Source of the DNA: Hyphochytrium catenoides
Taxonomy: Eukaryota > Protista > Hyphochytriomycota
Assembly: GCA_900088475.1 (NCBI GenBank)
Contig: FLMG01001397.1
Span: 44,158-108,157, forward strand
Reading direction: 5' to 3'
Length of the DNA stretch: 64,000 nt
Shown here: positions 23,901 to 37,103 of the stretch, piece after piece
How the letters are laid out: each line of letters starts with the position of its first letter
Numbering within the stretch: position 1 is the first letter of the stretch
The notes under the pieces: generated by a model
The model's database searches: none
Told to the model about the DNA's origin: nothing
The model's input: the letters and a program-made list of their open reading frames with translations, nothing else
Position numbers and translations under genes: made by a program

Positions 23901-26900
23901 CAGTGAAGGAAGTGGTGTTAGAGCTGTGTCTCACCGTCCCGGCACGACTTAGTTCACTCCTGCATCATCTACCTTTGCTGATGCGACCTGTGGTCATAGC
24001 TTTGCACTCCAAGGAGGAGCTGGTCACTCTAGGGTTGCGCACGTTAGAGTTTTGGGTCGACAACTTGAACCCCGATTTCCTTTATCCGGTAATGAGCTCG
24101 CAAGACATGCTACTGTCAGACCTCATGAGTGCCCTGTGTAGCCACCTGAAACCGTCACCAGCTCCCTGTGGCGCTTTGGCACTTAGATTACTAGGCAAGC
24201 TAGGTGGAAGATCTCGACGGTTTCTTAATGAACCCCTCCAACTTCACGCAGCAGGAGACACGCGGACTCGGGTCATTGTGGACCTTGCTTGGGAACTTCG
24301 AGACAAAGGAAACACCCGGCTCACGCTTCAGTTAGGGCCCTCGATCGATGTCGCCTGTGATGTAGTGCGACGTCTAACTGTAAGTGGCGGCAGCCCCTGG
24401 TCGGCCGCGGCTGGAATAAGCAGTACCGGTGTCGGTGGAATCAAGCGCTCCTTGTCTGGGACTCCAGTCAGTACTTCGCACCAATCTCATGGGGCGTCAC
24501 ATGGAAGTGGATTAGACGCCACACCGTCACCGACGGCTGCTACGGATACCGAGGCCCTTACAGAGACGCAACTGAAGAAGATCGGCTTGCATAACAAACA
24601 CCAGGCGCTACGCTTCATCATTGGCTGCTTAGCCGTACTTATACATAAAGGTGCTCCGGATGATGTGATGAATGTACGTAGGGACACCCGGTCTCCATCC
24701 ATTCCAGCACCCGGACAGGAATCTCCAGCATCTGATCCCCAGCTTGAAGAGGTCCTGGTGGGCTCGTTCACACCGTCATCGAAGCCCTTCGTACCCCATC
24801 TTGTGGAAGGTGAGATCTTGGCATTGAAAAAGCTGCTGACAGCAGTCATCAATGCCTGTGTGGATGTGGACCTGACTAGAGAGGCGAAGAGTATCTTCAA
24901 GGGACTCTGCGTGCATTTTACCTTACTCATAGTATCGCACACCGTCGTTCGATCAACCTCTGAAGTTCCATACACGAATGCAGCAGCATTCTCGGATTGT
25001 GATCTAAAGGTCCCTGACTGGAGCTTTAGCGCTGGCGTCAACGAGGCTTATTTATGGCTGATGAACGACGTCATTGTGGAGTCTTTGAGTGATGAAAATC
25101 CTAGGATTGTGAAGATCGGTGCCTGGGCGCTTAAGGTGATTATCGAGACGCTCACGGTTCTCTCAGAGTCGGAAGCTGAGGGGCTTGAGCATGGCGGCTA
25201 CTTACTGCATGATTTGTTAAAGAAACTGACACACGCTTGTTACAAGAAGTCATGGAGGAGCAAGGTAAGGACTGATAGGACCTCGTGCGCGTCTCTGTCT
25301 CGATTGGCTCAGAGAGCTGCGTCATCCTTGCTATGTCCAAACTCCCGCCTAATCTCACTTCTGTCTTTACGTTTACCAGATTAGCGGATGCCGTGGTATT
25401 TCCGTACTAGTTCACCTGTTGCCGGACACATGGACTCTTCAACGAGAGATAGTTCTGACGCGTGCTCTCCTATTCGTCCTGGGCGATCACCCGCTTGAAG
25501 TCTCTTCTGTCATCTGTGAAGAGGCAAAACGCGCCCTGACTTTAATTCTACGGAAGTGCCATCAGCTGCCAGTCGCCGCTGAAGCGACAGCTGCAAACAA
25601 GGCCATTCAGGCAGGTCAAAGCTCTGAATCTGCTACGAATAAGGAAACAGTGGCTATGGAGGTGGAAGGAGGAGGCAGTTCGGACGATACAGGAGGCACC
25701 CGGCATTGGCCAGCGTCACTGACGCCTCACGAAGCTTTTGTAGCACTTCTGGTGATGGATTTGGTTAGCTCCAAACTTGCAGTTAGAGGCTTCGTAGAGT
25801 CGACGCTGCATTATCTCGCAAAGGTACACCAGGTCACGGTAGGAGACCTGGTAGCGCCCAGCATTTCCTCTCTTTCTTCGGTCGTCTTTGGAAAGCCTCT
25901 ACGACTGGTTCACCAGAGCAGTCAAGTCGGGTACATGGAGGCTTTGGCGTTTCTCTTGAGCCTAGACCGACCCCTGCTAGACAAATCAGCGAATGAAGTA
26001 TTCCAGTTCTTGCAGGAAACGCTGACGATAGCGGATACCGAAGGTCAGGGAGATGGAATATCAGGTTTTCCGGGCTCTGCGTCGTCACCTAGCTTAGGGC
26101 CAGGTGCTGGAACGATTCTAGATTCTGGAGTATCGCCTGGGCTAAAGGCTTCTGGGCAAAGTACCGCTACCGCCAGCAGCAGTGTTTCAGATCCCTTTGA
26201 ACAGCCCAGATCTGTTCAATTGCGGATTGCAGCCATCCGTGTCTCGTCAGCCATCATTCTTCATTTCTCGGAACGGAAGGAGGTTAACGAAGCAAGGAAC
26301 CGTGTTATCGGCACCTTTTTCAAGTCTTTGACATGCCAAGTAGAAGAGGTCGTGGAAGCCGCGCATGAGGCTTTAGCACAGACCATTGCAGCCAACCGCC
26401 GCGCAAATGACAAGGCTTTGCCGAAGGAACTTCTGCAATCTTCTCTGCGCCCTATACTCCGAAATCTGGCTGACTTTAAGGAGCTGAGTATGCCTCTCCT
26501 CCGCGCACTATCGCGTTTGCTGCAGCTCCTCAGCAACTGTTTTAACGTCACGTTAGGAGAGAAGCTCCTGGAGCACCTAGGACAGTGGGCAGAGCCCGAC
26601 AAAATTATTGCTCTCGGGAAGTGGAAACGAGGTTCAGAGCCCGAGGTAGCGGCTGCCCTGATAGAGCTGTTTCATCTTCTACCACCCTCGAACAATTCTG
26701 CTGAAACAGCCGGCAGTAGCAGCAGTAATGCGGGTTCTGAAGTCACAGCAGGACGTGCTTCCTCTACACCCAATGCTGAAAAAGGGACACCTGCAACAGG
26801 AAGCTCGACCCCGTCATTTACTAAGGGAACCAAAGGCGATAGTAAAGCAGGAGAGGAGGAGGAGAAGAAAGTGGATGAAGAGGCGACGCCAGAAGTAGAG

Positions 26901-29900
26901 ATTGTCATGCCTAAGTTCTTGGAGCCACTGGTGAAGACAGTGGTACAGCTTGAAGCAGTGCTGCATCGTTACGATGGCTATGGAAAGATGACAAGTCCAT
27001 ATCGCGCTCCATTAACCCTCTTTCTGAACCGGTATCCGAAAGAGGCCGCCGCGTTCTTCTTGCAGAAGGAGCGGCTTTTGAATTCGTCCTACTCCTCTCT
27101 CTTTCAAGCTATTCTGAAGAGCAAGGAGGCAGGACCTTTAAGAGAATATCTCACCGGAGAAGGTTCGGCTGAGCTCATAATCAGGTCTACTTTCGTGGCG
27201 GCCACCCGACACCAAGCCAGTGGCCTGGCGGAGGTGCCTACTGGTTCTGGTAGCGATGCTGGAACACCGATACCGACCAGTCAGCCTGGAACCATTGGCG
27301 CGCTATATAACCATCATACTACCCCCAGAATTGTTTCGGAAATCACAGCCACTGTCATATCTCAGGGTAGTCATAGTGCGTTAACTCCTCAACAATTTCA
27401 GCAGATCCAGGCACAGACTCAGGCACAGATCCAGTCTAATGCTCAACGAGTTCACCAACAAGCTCTCCTAGCTGCCCAGCGACAAGGTCTGTCTCCCCAG
27501 CAAGCGCAAGCCCAAGCCCATCAAGCTCAACGCAAATACCTAGCGAAGACTGTGTATGATAAGGCGCTTATGGCAGCACAGGCGCAGGGATTGCCACATG
27601 CTCAGGCACAGGTGCAAGCGCAGCAAGCGCAGCAGAAGTACCTTGCGAACCTCCAGGCGCAGCTTTCGCAGAATTCTGCCCAGATGAAGGCCAATTTGGC
27701 AGGTCAACAAGTGGGAGGGCTGGGTAAAGGACCATACTCTGCCCAACAAAGTGCCTCCATGAACCATGCACTCCGTATCCAGAATGAGGCCATGGAGCTA
27801 CACCTACAAGGTTTGCTGACTCTTCGCACTCTTGTCAGACTCGACCCACAGTGGCTTCAGAGGCAGTCTCTAGTTGTGGAGTATTTGCGGAAGCTCTGGC
27901 GATCGACTTCTCGCCTACAGCGGCTTATGGCGGAAGACAAGCTCCAGATGAAACACCAGACGGAGTCCAAGCTCATTGTGAAATGTCTAATCCACTATTG
28001 TCGCATGCAGACAGATGACGTGCAGGTGCTCTTCGAGATGTTGACAATGTTCTTACAGCGGACCCTTGTGGATTTTAGCTTTTTGAAGGACTTCTATTAC
28101 GAAGAGGTCACCACTTTTCCCACCCAGCATCGAAAGGCTATCGTTCACCTCTTCTTGCGCATGCTGAGGGAGCCCAACACGTCCCAGGAGCTAAAGGTCC
28201 AGGCCCTTCAGCTGCTCGTCATTCCCATATTGTCCAAGACGTTTGAAGATCCAGCGGTTGAGAATGCGTCTGTGGTAGACGGAGAGACTATCGGCCTGAT
28301 AATGCGGGACATGCTCGCTGCTGATCATGCTAGCTACAGCGAAGCCTTGCGTATTGAATTGCTGCAGCTCGCCACCTTACTGATAGAACATATGGGATTG
28401 GAGCTGTTAGACCACCGGAAGGAACTAATCAAATTTGCCTGGAACCACCTCAAGAGCGAAGACACTGCGAGCAAGCAATGGGCCTATGTCAATGTCTGCC
28501 GCTTTATTGCCGTCTATGACACGCCACCCAAAATCATTCTACAAGTGTACGTAGCGCTGCTTAGGACCTACCAGAGTGACGCGAAAGTGCTGGTTCGCAC
28601 AGCGCTAGATATTCTCTTTCCTGCTTTGAAGAAGCGGCTGCCGCCCATGGACTTCATCAAAGCCATTAAATGGACCAAGAAGATTATCTATGAAGAAGGA
28701 CACGCCCTTCCACAACTTGTTCACATTTGGCAGCTCCTCGTGCGTCATCCACAGGTGAGTACAGAGAGCCGATCGAGGTTCTGGTAGTCTGTTCTCTCAC
28801 TAGTATAGTTCTGGATGTCGTGGACCTATGCTTCTGTCTCGAGGGCTTGCTTCTCTCCCCGCACAATATACTCTCCGGCCCCTATCTCTCCCCTCACATA
28901 GGCCATCTTATCCTTAATTTGTGACGTATATATTTAAACTGACTTTTACCTCCGTTCAGCTGTTTTATGCCAGTCGCTCGCAATTCGTGCCCCAAATGGT
29001 CAACAGTCTCAACCGACTGGCACTGCCCCCCAATTGTCCCTTGGAGAATAGACTGTTGGCCATTTCTCTAGCTGACCTGATCATCGCTTGGGACCAGACG
29101 AGGCAAAAAAACCTTCAGACAACTGGAAAAGCGGAGGCGGAGGCAGAGGCAGCTATGAAACGACAGCGGGTGGAGGACAGGACCGCCCCAGGCTCTTCCC
29201 TGGAGCCTACAAGCGCAGTTCAGGGTACAGGGGGATCTGGAGCACCGTCGTCTCTACCGGGAGCTTCTTCCTCACTGGCCGCGCCCAGTCACACCCCTAC
29301 AGCTGGTCACAAGCCTGGGCTGAGCCCTAAAACAGTGAGACCAAGCGCAGCGCCGGTAGTGGCGGTGGCAGGTACTGGACAGACCCCATCCGGACAGACA
29401 GCCAGTGGTGGAGACGCCCCTACGCCTACGGGTGCAGGAATGTCTAACGAGGATGAGTTCAAATTGAATCCAGCGATGATTGAAATGGTCGTCAACTTCC
29501 TTGTCAGAGTCGCCTTAGGAACAGCGGACATGAAGGAGACCTCCAAGCTATCGTCTCGATGTCTTGAGCTCCTGGACAAAGCTTTAGATACGTGGCCTGG
29601 AGCCAACGTTAAGTTTGGTTATTTAGAGAAGCTCCTGACCACGGCTGCTGCCGCAGCGAACCCCCGTCAAGGCAGCTCGTCCACGAACCCCACCTCGTCG
29701 ATGGATAAGTCGCCACTCCAATCTGTGGCTGTGTTGAAGGTTACCCTGACAATTCTTAGAGTGACGCTGAAGCCCGCAGTCGTTCAGGTCCAAGGAAAGA
29801 ATGTCTTCTTCCTTCAGCATGCGATGAAGATTCAGAAGCTGTTGGAACCTTGCTTTACGAAGACTGATGAGACCGTACAAGAGCTCCTGCGGGAAGTAGT

Positions 29901-32900
29901 AGGGCGAATAATGCAGGTCAGCGGCTTTCTTGAAATGCCAATTTGGGCTCAGCAGTCTTTCCGTGCCGACTTCACTCAAGGACCCCGTCTTCCTATCATT
30001 AGTCTGTTATTGCTCTTTTACACTCTCTCGTCTATCCTTGCAGCTTGATTTCTCTTCTGTTACTCTCGCATTCAGTCACCTTGTATACGAGGTTTCTCAC
30101 TCCTCTCTATCGCGCTCTTACCTGCAGCTGTATCCGTTTACCAAGCCTGTGGAGCAAGTGACTAACAGCAAGTTCTACCACTGGCTCCGTGAGACTATCA
30201 ATCGAAAGATACTCCAAGCAGTAACGGAGGGGCTCAAGGAGCCAACACCGACGGCTTCATCAAGTAAAGGAGCCCAAGCCCCTGTAAGCGCAGCCGCAGC
30301 CACAACACCGGCAGCCGCTTCGTCCCTGCCAATCATCCTTCTACTGAGCAAGCTCTGCGGTATCAATCCGAAGTATTTGGAACACCATGCCAACGCCTTG
30401 CTACGTCTTGCACACCGCCTTACTAGAGACCATATACAGTCGGTTGTGGCCAAAGCTTCTTCTAAAGATTCATTGGAGAGCAGAGCATCCAAGACGAGGG
30501 AGATGATGGCCACACCCAGCCAAACGATTTACTTAAAGACAGCAGAACTTGCCAGTAGATCTGCATTAAAAAAGACTGCGCAGAGTTCGGGGCCACAGAC
30601 TGCCCCTACTCCGGGAGGGCAATCAGGGCCTGCACCAGCTGGTGGATCCCAAGCCTCGTCTGTCGCATCCGCGCAGGGAATAGGAGCCAGTGGGTTCGCC
30701 TTGAGCAAGGAAGAAGATACCATCAAGACTTTGATCCTCTGTATTGAGCTTCTGGGCCAAGCCTTCTCACGTCTAGGAGACGCTCGTAAAAGCCTACTCC
30801 AGGTGTTTGGCGTCATATTGGAGAACTCTGACAGTGTTCCACTCCTGCTGGCGCTGATGAGGTTCTACAGCGTTTGGATTTTTGGGGTGACCCCAGGAGG
30901 ATCTGGTCAGACACAGCCGCTTAACGTCATTTTACAGTCCAAAGAAAAAATGGCACTGCTGCCCAAGCTCGGGCACTTCGAGCGCCTTGACGAAGTGACG
31001 GCTTTGCCGCTGACACTGCAGAGCCATGAGATTCTTCTTCGGCTTTTTGAGGCGCCAGACTCTGGTAACAGACCGGGACTAAGCTCCCAAGTCCTGCGCC
31101 CTTTTATGGCTGGGGTGCTCTCTCCTGACCCGTCATATCGCAAGCGTTTCTTTGAGATTTTTGCACAGCAAAGCGGAAAGGGACCAATTGCGAAGATTCC
31201 CTTCCTCTTCAAGGGTGTGGATTGGGAAGCCTGTGCATCTCGCTTCTGGATTGCCTGTGCAGTGGATCTCATAGCTTCAGGCATCCATACAGCCTCTCCG
31301 CCAGCTTTGGCTGCAGGGACGAACGGAGCTCCATGGTTAGTCGTAAACAGTTCCAGTGGTCGGCTGCCGACAGCCGTGAGGACGCTACTCGCCAGCCACA
31401 GCCGATTTTTAGAAAAAGTCCGAACAGTATGCTCCACGTCCCAGCTCCTTCAGCCCATGCGCGACCTCTGCCATTTAGACGTGTCAATGTGCAACAGCCT
31501 CTGGATGCAGCTACTTCCAGCTGCTTGGGGTGTCCTAACAGAGCCTCTACAGTCCTCTCTTGTCCCTGGCGTGATATCACTTCTGGCCAAACCCTACCAC
31601 CGGCGTCAGCTTCAAGTTCTGCCCTGGGAGAAAGGCATCTGCAACGTTATAAGGTCGATGCTGCAGGCTATTGTGCTCTGCAGGCCGCAGCCTGCTATCC
31701 CGTCAGAGCTGCTTACCTTCCTTTCGAAAACCTTCTACGTCTGGCATACAGCGTTACCTTTGCTCCAGTACCACTCATTATCTCCATCAACACCAGAGGA
31801 TGAAAGGGAAAAGTGGGTGGCAGCTCTCGCAGAGATGTATATAGAGTTGTCCGACGAAGATATGATGGCTGGTCTCACGAGACGTTTTGCCAATCAGCAG
31901 GAGACCAAGGACGCCGTTTTGCTCGAGTCCCATGGGTTCACTCGCCTCGCGCAGGAAATGTACTTGGGCGCTATCAGCAAGGTGCACTCTAATCGGCTGC
32001 AGGACCCAAGCCGTCTGAGCAAATTTGAGATGAAGCAATGGGAGGACCGCTGGGTTGGAACTGCAAAGCATCTTTGCCAATGGCAGCTTTTGGGCGAGTT
32101 TGCACAATCAATAAGTAACCCGGAACTTGCTCTGGAGTGCACTTGGAAGCAGGGAGACTGGACCATGACGAAGACGCTATTGAACTCTAAGAATATCCAG
32201 GCTGCGCAGGTACGGGATAAGAATTAGGCCTACGAACTACATAGAACTAAAGTTAGCTTGGTGATCACAAGTTTATGAAAGTCAGACGCTCTCTCTCCCT
32301 GTTTTTTCCTCTCCTTCCTGTGACTAACACTGGCTGTCTTGCCGGGTCGACAGGAGTCCGGACACCCAGTGCTGAAGCTAATGCAGGTGTTTGTCTCCCT
32401 ACAAGAGAGCAAAGTCACTGATGCTGAGAGACATCTAGCCGAGGTGGTGCAAAGCTCTTTACAGAAGTGGAGCGCTCTCCCATCTCTTGGTTCCACCACG
32501 CACGAGCCACTTCTTCATCTTTTCCATCGCATAGCTGAAGCCCAAGAATCCACTCAGATGACTAGTGAAATCGTCTCTGCCAGTCGCAGTCGGAAGCTGC
32601 CTGAGATCAAGGCGATGCTCTCAACGTGGAGAGAGCGGCTGCCAAACAAGTGGGATTCGATTGTTTGGTGGGATGATATTCTGAGCTGGAGGCTTCACAT
32701 GTTCTCCACAGTCACGAACACCTTCACCTGGGCGGATGCTCAGCAGCTTGCCTGCCTGCATGACACCCCTTGGACGGTGATCAAGCTAGCACACACTGCG
32801 CGCAAACAGGGACTCACGGAGGTATGCCTAAACTCCCTAGCTAAGCTGTACACCGTGTCTACGATGGACGTTCAAGACGCCTTTCAGAAGCTACGAGAGC

Positions 32901-35900
32901 AGATCGTTATCTGCTACGAAAATCCTAGCGACCATCGAGGCGGATTGAACATAATCAACAATACCAACTTGGATTATTTTTCACCTCAGCAGAAGGCTGA
33001 GCTGTTCCGTCTGAAGTCTCTTTTCCTCTATGCCTTGGGGGGCAAGTCAGAAGCCAATCAGGCACTGTCACACTCACTTCAGATCTCTGATAACTATGCA
33101 AAGAGCTGGCTCTCTTGGGGTACATACTGTGACCGCCTCTTCAAGGAACAAAAGCAGATCCAGCTGGCTGTTCAGGCAATGACGTGCTACCTGCAGGCTG
33201 TGCATCATCGTTCAGACTCTGCGAGGTTGATGCTGGCACGGGTCCTCTGGCTGCTGAGTACAGATGATGACAAGGCCACTTTAGCGCGTTGCTTTGAAGC
33301 TCATGGGAAGCAGTTGCCCATCTGGATATGGATTGTCTGGATCCCTCAGCTACTGACCGCGCTTTCACGGCCGGAGGCGCCCCAGGTCCACATGGCATTG
33401 AGTTTCTCGGTGTTCCTTCCCTCATGTTTAAAGTCTATCACTTTTGGAGCTCCCTTCGTGGCTCATTCTGCCTCTTGTGATATCTCATCGATCTTTCTCT
33501 TGAATTCAACTCTTCTGGACTTTCCCAAGCATCGAGAATTCTGATCTCTGCGTGGTCGAGGAAAAACTGATTTTCATGTGCTTTACCGTACCCATCAGGT
33601 GCGCAACCTGCTACGTGGCCTAGCAGCCAAGTTTCCCCAGGCTCTGTATTATACTATGCGCGCCTACCTGCTAGAAAAGAGAGAGGTGCCAGTTGACAAG
33701 CAGACGCCTTCAGCTAGTGGCTCTGAAGGCGCAAGTGGAGGTGGTGGGACTCCCAGTGGCTCCTCTGGCTCAACTGTCTCTACTACAGACTCGTATGTGA
33801 GCACCAGTTCTGGACAAGTGGTTTTACTACCCGCTGGGTCTAATACTGCACGACTGCACGAGCTTGTTCCAGGTAGGAAACATCGCCTGTTGCATCGCAC
33901 GGAGTTGGAGCTGCAAACCTAACCTGCTTGACACGCGACAGGTGCTGTTGGTACACCACAACCAACTCCAACGGCATTCAACGTCCTTCCAAGTGCCGTC
34001 CTCTCTCTTCAGCAGTGGAGAGCACAAGTAGCCATGACTTCTGGCGTCTCGACGCCTCTCACCGCAGTGCAGTACACTGAAGATTTGATGAGCTTTCTAA
34101 GACGACACCACGCGAGCGTTGCGGGGGAGCTGGAAGCGATGCTCGAAGAACTCATCATCAGGTTCAGACCAGACCCTGAGGAGGAGCTATTGGGAGCTGT
34201 GCATGCGCTGCTGGTCAAATGTGTGCAGGTAAAGATACCCGAGCTGCCTGGGTCTGGCACGGTCCAATCCCTCATGTCCCTTGTGCTCATTCTACCTGCC
34301 TCAGATCCCTCAATCTAGCGCACATGAGCCAGTTCCCGCATCTTTGCAGGCAACCCTGGAGCGAGTGTGCCGTAAATTTTTTGCTCCTCAGACCTCCACA
34401 AAATCGCTCAAGCATTCGCGTTTCGTTGTGGCCTACAAAGAACCCTTTGAGAGAGACTTTCTACTCGAATCTGAAGCAGCATTGAGCAAAGAAGTCCCGA
34501 CAGGAGATGCAGCAGCAAGTGTTAGGCAGAGCAAGAGAATCAAGGAAGCCCGGGCTGATCGTGCACATCCCGATCACGGAAACACGTTACAGAGTATTAT
34601 CCAACGGCTAAAGAAGTGGAAGCATGTCCTTCAAGCACGGATCCGGGAGACGAACTCAAGGGTGGGCATGAGGGGCATCTAGACTAGGATCTCTTGATGT
34701 TTGACACCAGACTTAGGGATGGGGGTGCTCCATTCACACTTATGATGCATGCTTGTCCGCCTTTTGACGTTGCACGTTCTCTAAAGTTCTGTCTGTTACT
34801 TTACGTATGTAGCTAAATATGGAAGACTGCAGCCGCCATTTGCTGGAGTTCACCACGTCCGATATAGAGGTTCCTGGCCAGTACCTTACCGATAAGGAGC
34901 CCATGGCCGAGTTGCATGTAAAACTCAATAGGTTTGAGAGTAAGGTAAGGAAGAGATTGCATACGAGCGACCATGAGCACGGTGACTTACAATTATACTA
35001 CGAAGGTTGACATCGTTCATCGAAGCGGTTCCTCACAACGTCGACTAGCAATGCGGGGAAGCAATGGAAAGCTGTACTACTTTTTGGTGCAATTCTTTAT
35101 CCCATACATTACGCGGACGGATGAGCGCATGGTCCAGCTGCATCTCCTCTTCAACACTGTATGTGAGAAGCACCAGCAGACTCGAAGAAGAAACATACAC
35201 TATCAAGCAGCTAGCGTCATCCCCATCACACCGCGAGTCAGACTGCTTTCGGACCACGTTTCTTTCGTCACACTGGGAGAGGTAAGTCCCGACGATCTTC
35301 TTAAGAGTCTATTGACTTCTGGCGCTTTTATTAACACTCTGATAGTTGTATGAATTGGATTGCCTGGCAAGAGGAGCTGATCCTGACGGACCCATGACAA
35401 TCAGTCGTGAGCTTTTAGGACAGACTGCAGCCCCGGGTGGTGCTTCCGCTTCACCAGCCTCCCCAGGGACACCTGGACGGACATCCTTGGCTCAGGTGAG
35501 TTGCTTGAATATCGCTTGGTCCTTTGACCAGCTTCTGACGATCCTGCCCCTCCTCTTTATAGGCTAAACTAGGAATCTTTGATGAGATCTGCTCAAAGCA
35601 TGTCTCCGAAAGGATTCTCTCTACGTACATCCATCGCATCATGTCTTCGCCAGAGGAGATGTGGATCTTCAAGCGCCAGTTCGCGATGCAGCTAGGCATT
35701 ATGTCCCTCCTGTCCTACTGCCTAAGCATTGGGGACAGGACGCCACATAAGATTGTCTTCTCTAAGGAAACCGGCAGAATCATAGGGTAAGGCTTTCTGG
35801 TGCGGCAATCCGTATATTTGCTATGAGATCAAGAGTTCTCTTGCTATATGTCCCTTCCTAACTGCGAAGAGATCTTAGACATTTTCACCTAGATTCAATA

Positions 35901-36487
35901 TGCTCGACTCCTCCTATCTTGAGATTGGTCTCTAGTATCTCCTCCTGGCAAAAGGCTGGCAACCCTCATTTCTCACAACTTGTTTTGATGGCTACAGGTC
36001 CGAGTTCAGACCGTCGTACTCTAACCAGGGCTACCTAGAGACCTCGGAGACTGTCCCGTTCAGACTGACGCGTAACTTGGCGCATTTCTTGACCCCCCTT
36101 GGCGTTGAAGGGGTCTTCTCAAACACTATGACCGCCATAGCTCAAGCTCTCGTCAGTCGCTCAGAAGTTCTGGAAAACCAGCTTTGTCTCTTTTTACGGG
36201 ATGATCTGATCTCTTGGCATGCCTCAAAGACTCAGCCCAAGAGCGAGAGCGAACAGCGGAAGGTTGAGAAGCAGTTGAGAGATCGTGTCGGGGCAAACAC
36301 CAAGAAAATCCTAGACAGGATCCATAGCCTTGCTCCTGCCTTACCAGTCTCTTCTCCGCTTGACCTTAAGGGACAGCCGGGCATGAAGAATGTCCAGGTG
36401 AACCATAAAGTGAACGAGCTCATCGAAGCAGCTACCAGCAAGAAGCTACTCTGCCAGATGAGCCCTTCTTGGATGCCTTGGGTTTAG
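20991..36487 (+). CDS. TRRAP: Transformation/transcription domain-associated protein (TRRAP/Tra1), PIKK-family pseudokinase of SAGA/NuA4
   Basis: About 15 exons. Start MNFSSAAQRLLQPDLSIDKR|LQVATDIRERIEIVYTSEFSNFL. Signature segments: SFKVLTECPLIVMLLFQ, QVKTLSFLTYLLR, RKELLVATRHIL, LRPLAYSTLADLVHHVR, LCLTVPARLSSLL, GLRTLEFWVDNL, RKELIKFAWNHLK. Also a FAT region (WRERLPNKWD), a kinase-like region (VPFRLTRN) and FATC end LCQMSPSWMPWV*. Confidence 0.97.
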
Positions 36488-37103
36488 ACCATTGGTAGCA
36501 TTATTTATTGAGTGAACGACTGACCTGTTTATAATATAGTAGTACGTACGTTAATGAGGTTATTTACTTTTGCTTGCCTTCCCCTATGAAACGATGCAGC
36601 CTAACTGTCTGCCGATTCCCTGAGTCAGTGAAGGCACTCGAGCTGGATAACTTAAGCGTTCACTTACAAGTGCTGAAGAATACCTCTATGAGGTTCCGAT
36701 TGATTGCAGCTCTGCCTCCTTGTCAACCTCTTTGATAATTTGTCGGCCTCCCGTGCCAGTCAAGGAGCTCTTGCTTGTTGGGCATACGAACTCTTTTTTC
36801 CGAACAAACTGAAGAAGAGCTCAAGGTATGCGCCGCAGCTCAGCTCCAAGGTGAAATCGAATGCGCAGAGCAGAATGCCTGGTGAGGCGCGGCGAAGCGG
36901 CCTTGGTAGCGAGGTACTGACAAACCCACACGAAGCATATATTGAGACAAGAAATTCAGGTGGTGCTGCATCCCCAAAGGGCAGAGAGTATCGGACATTA
37001 CAACGGCACAAACGTGTAGACATAAAGCAGAGGCCGAAGCTCTGTTATTGAATAATGATATAAACCCAGTACATTTCCTCCTAAAAGACAATAACTTCCT
37101 AAT

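Noticed and set aside
21342-36441. Many minus-strand and off-frame ORFs inside TRRAP (likewise within the ABCG, sugar-porter and giant genes)
   Set aside because: Expected antisense or frame shadows of long coding exons.
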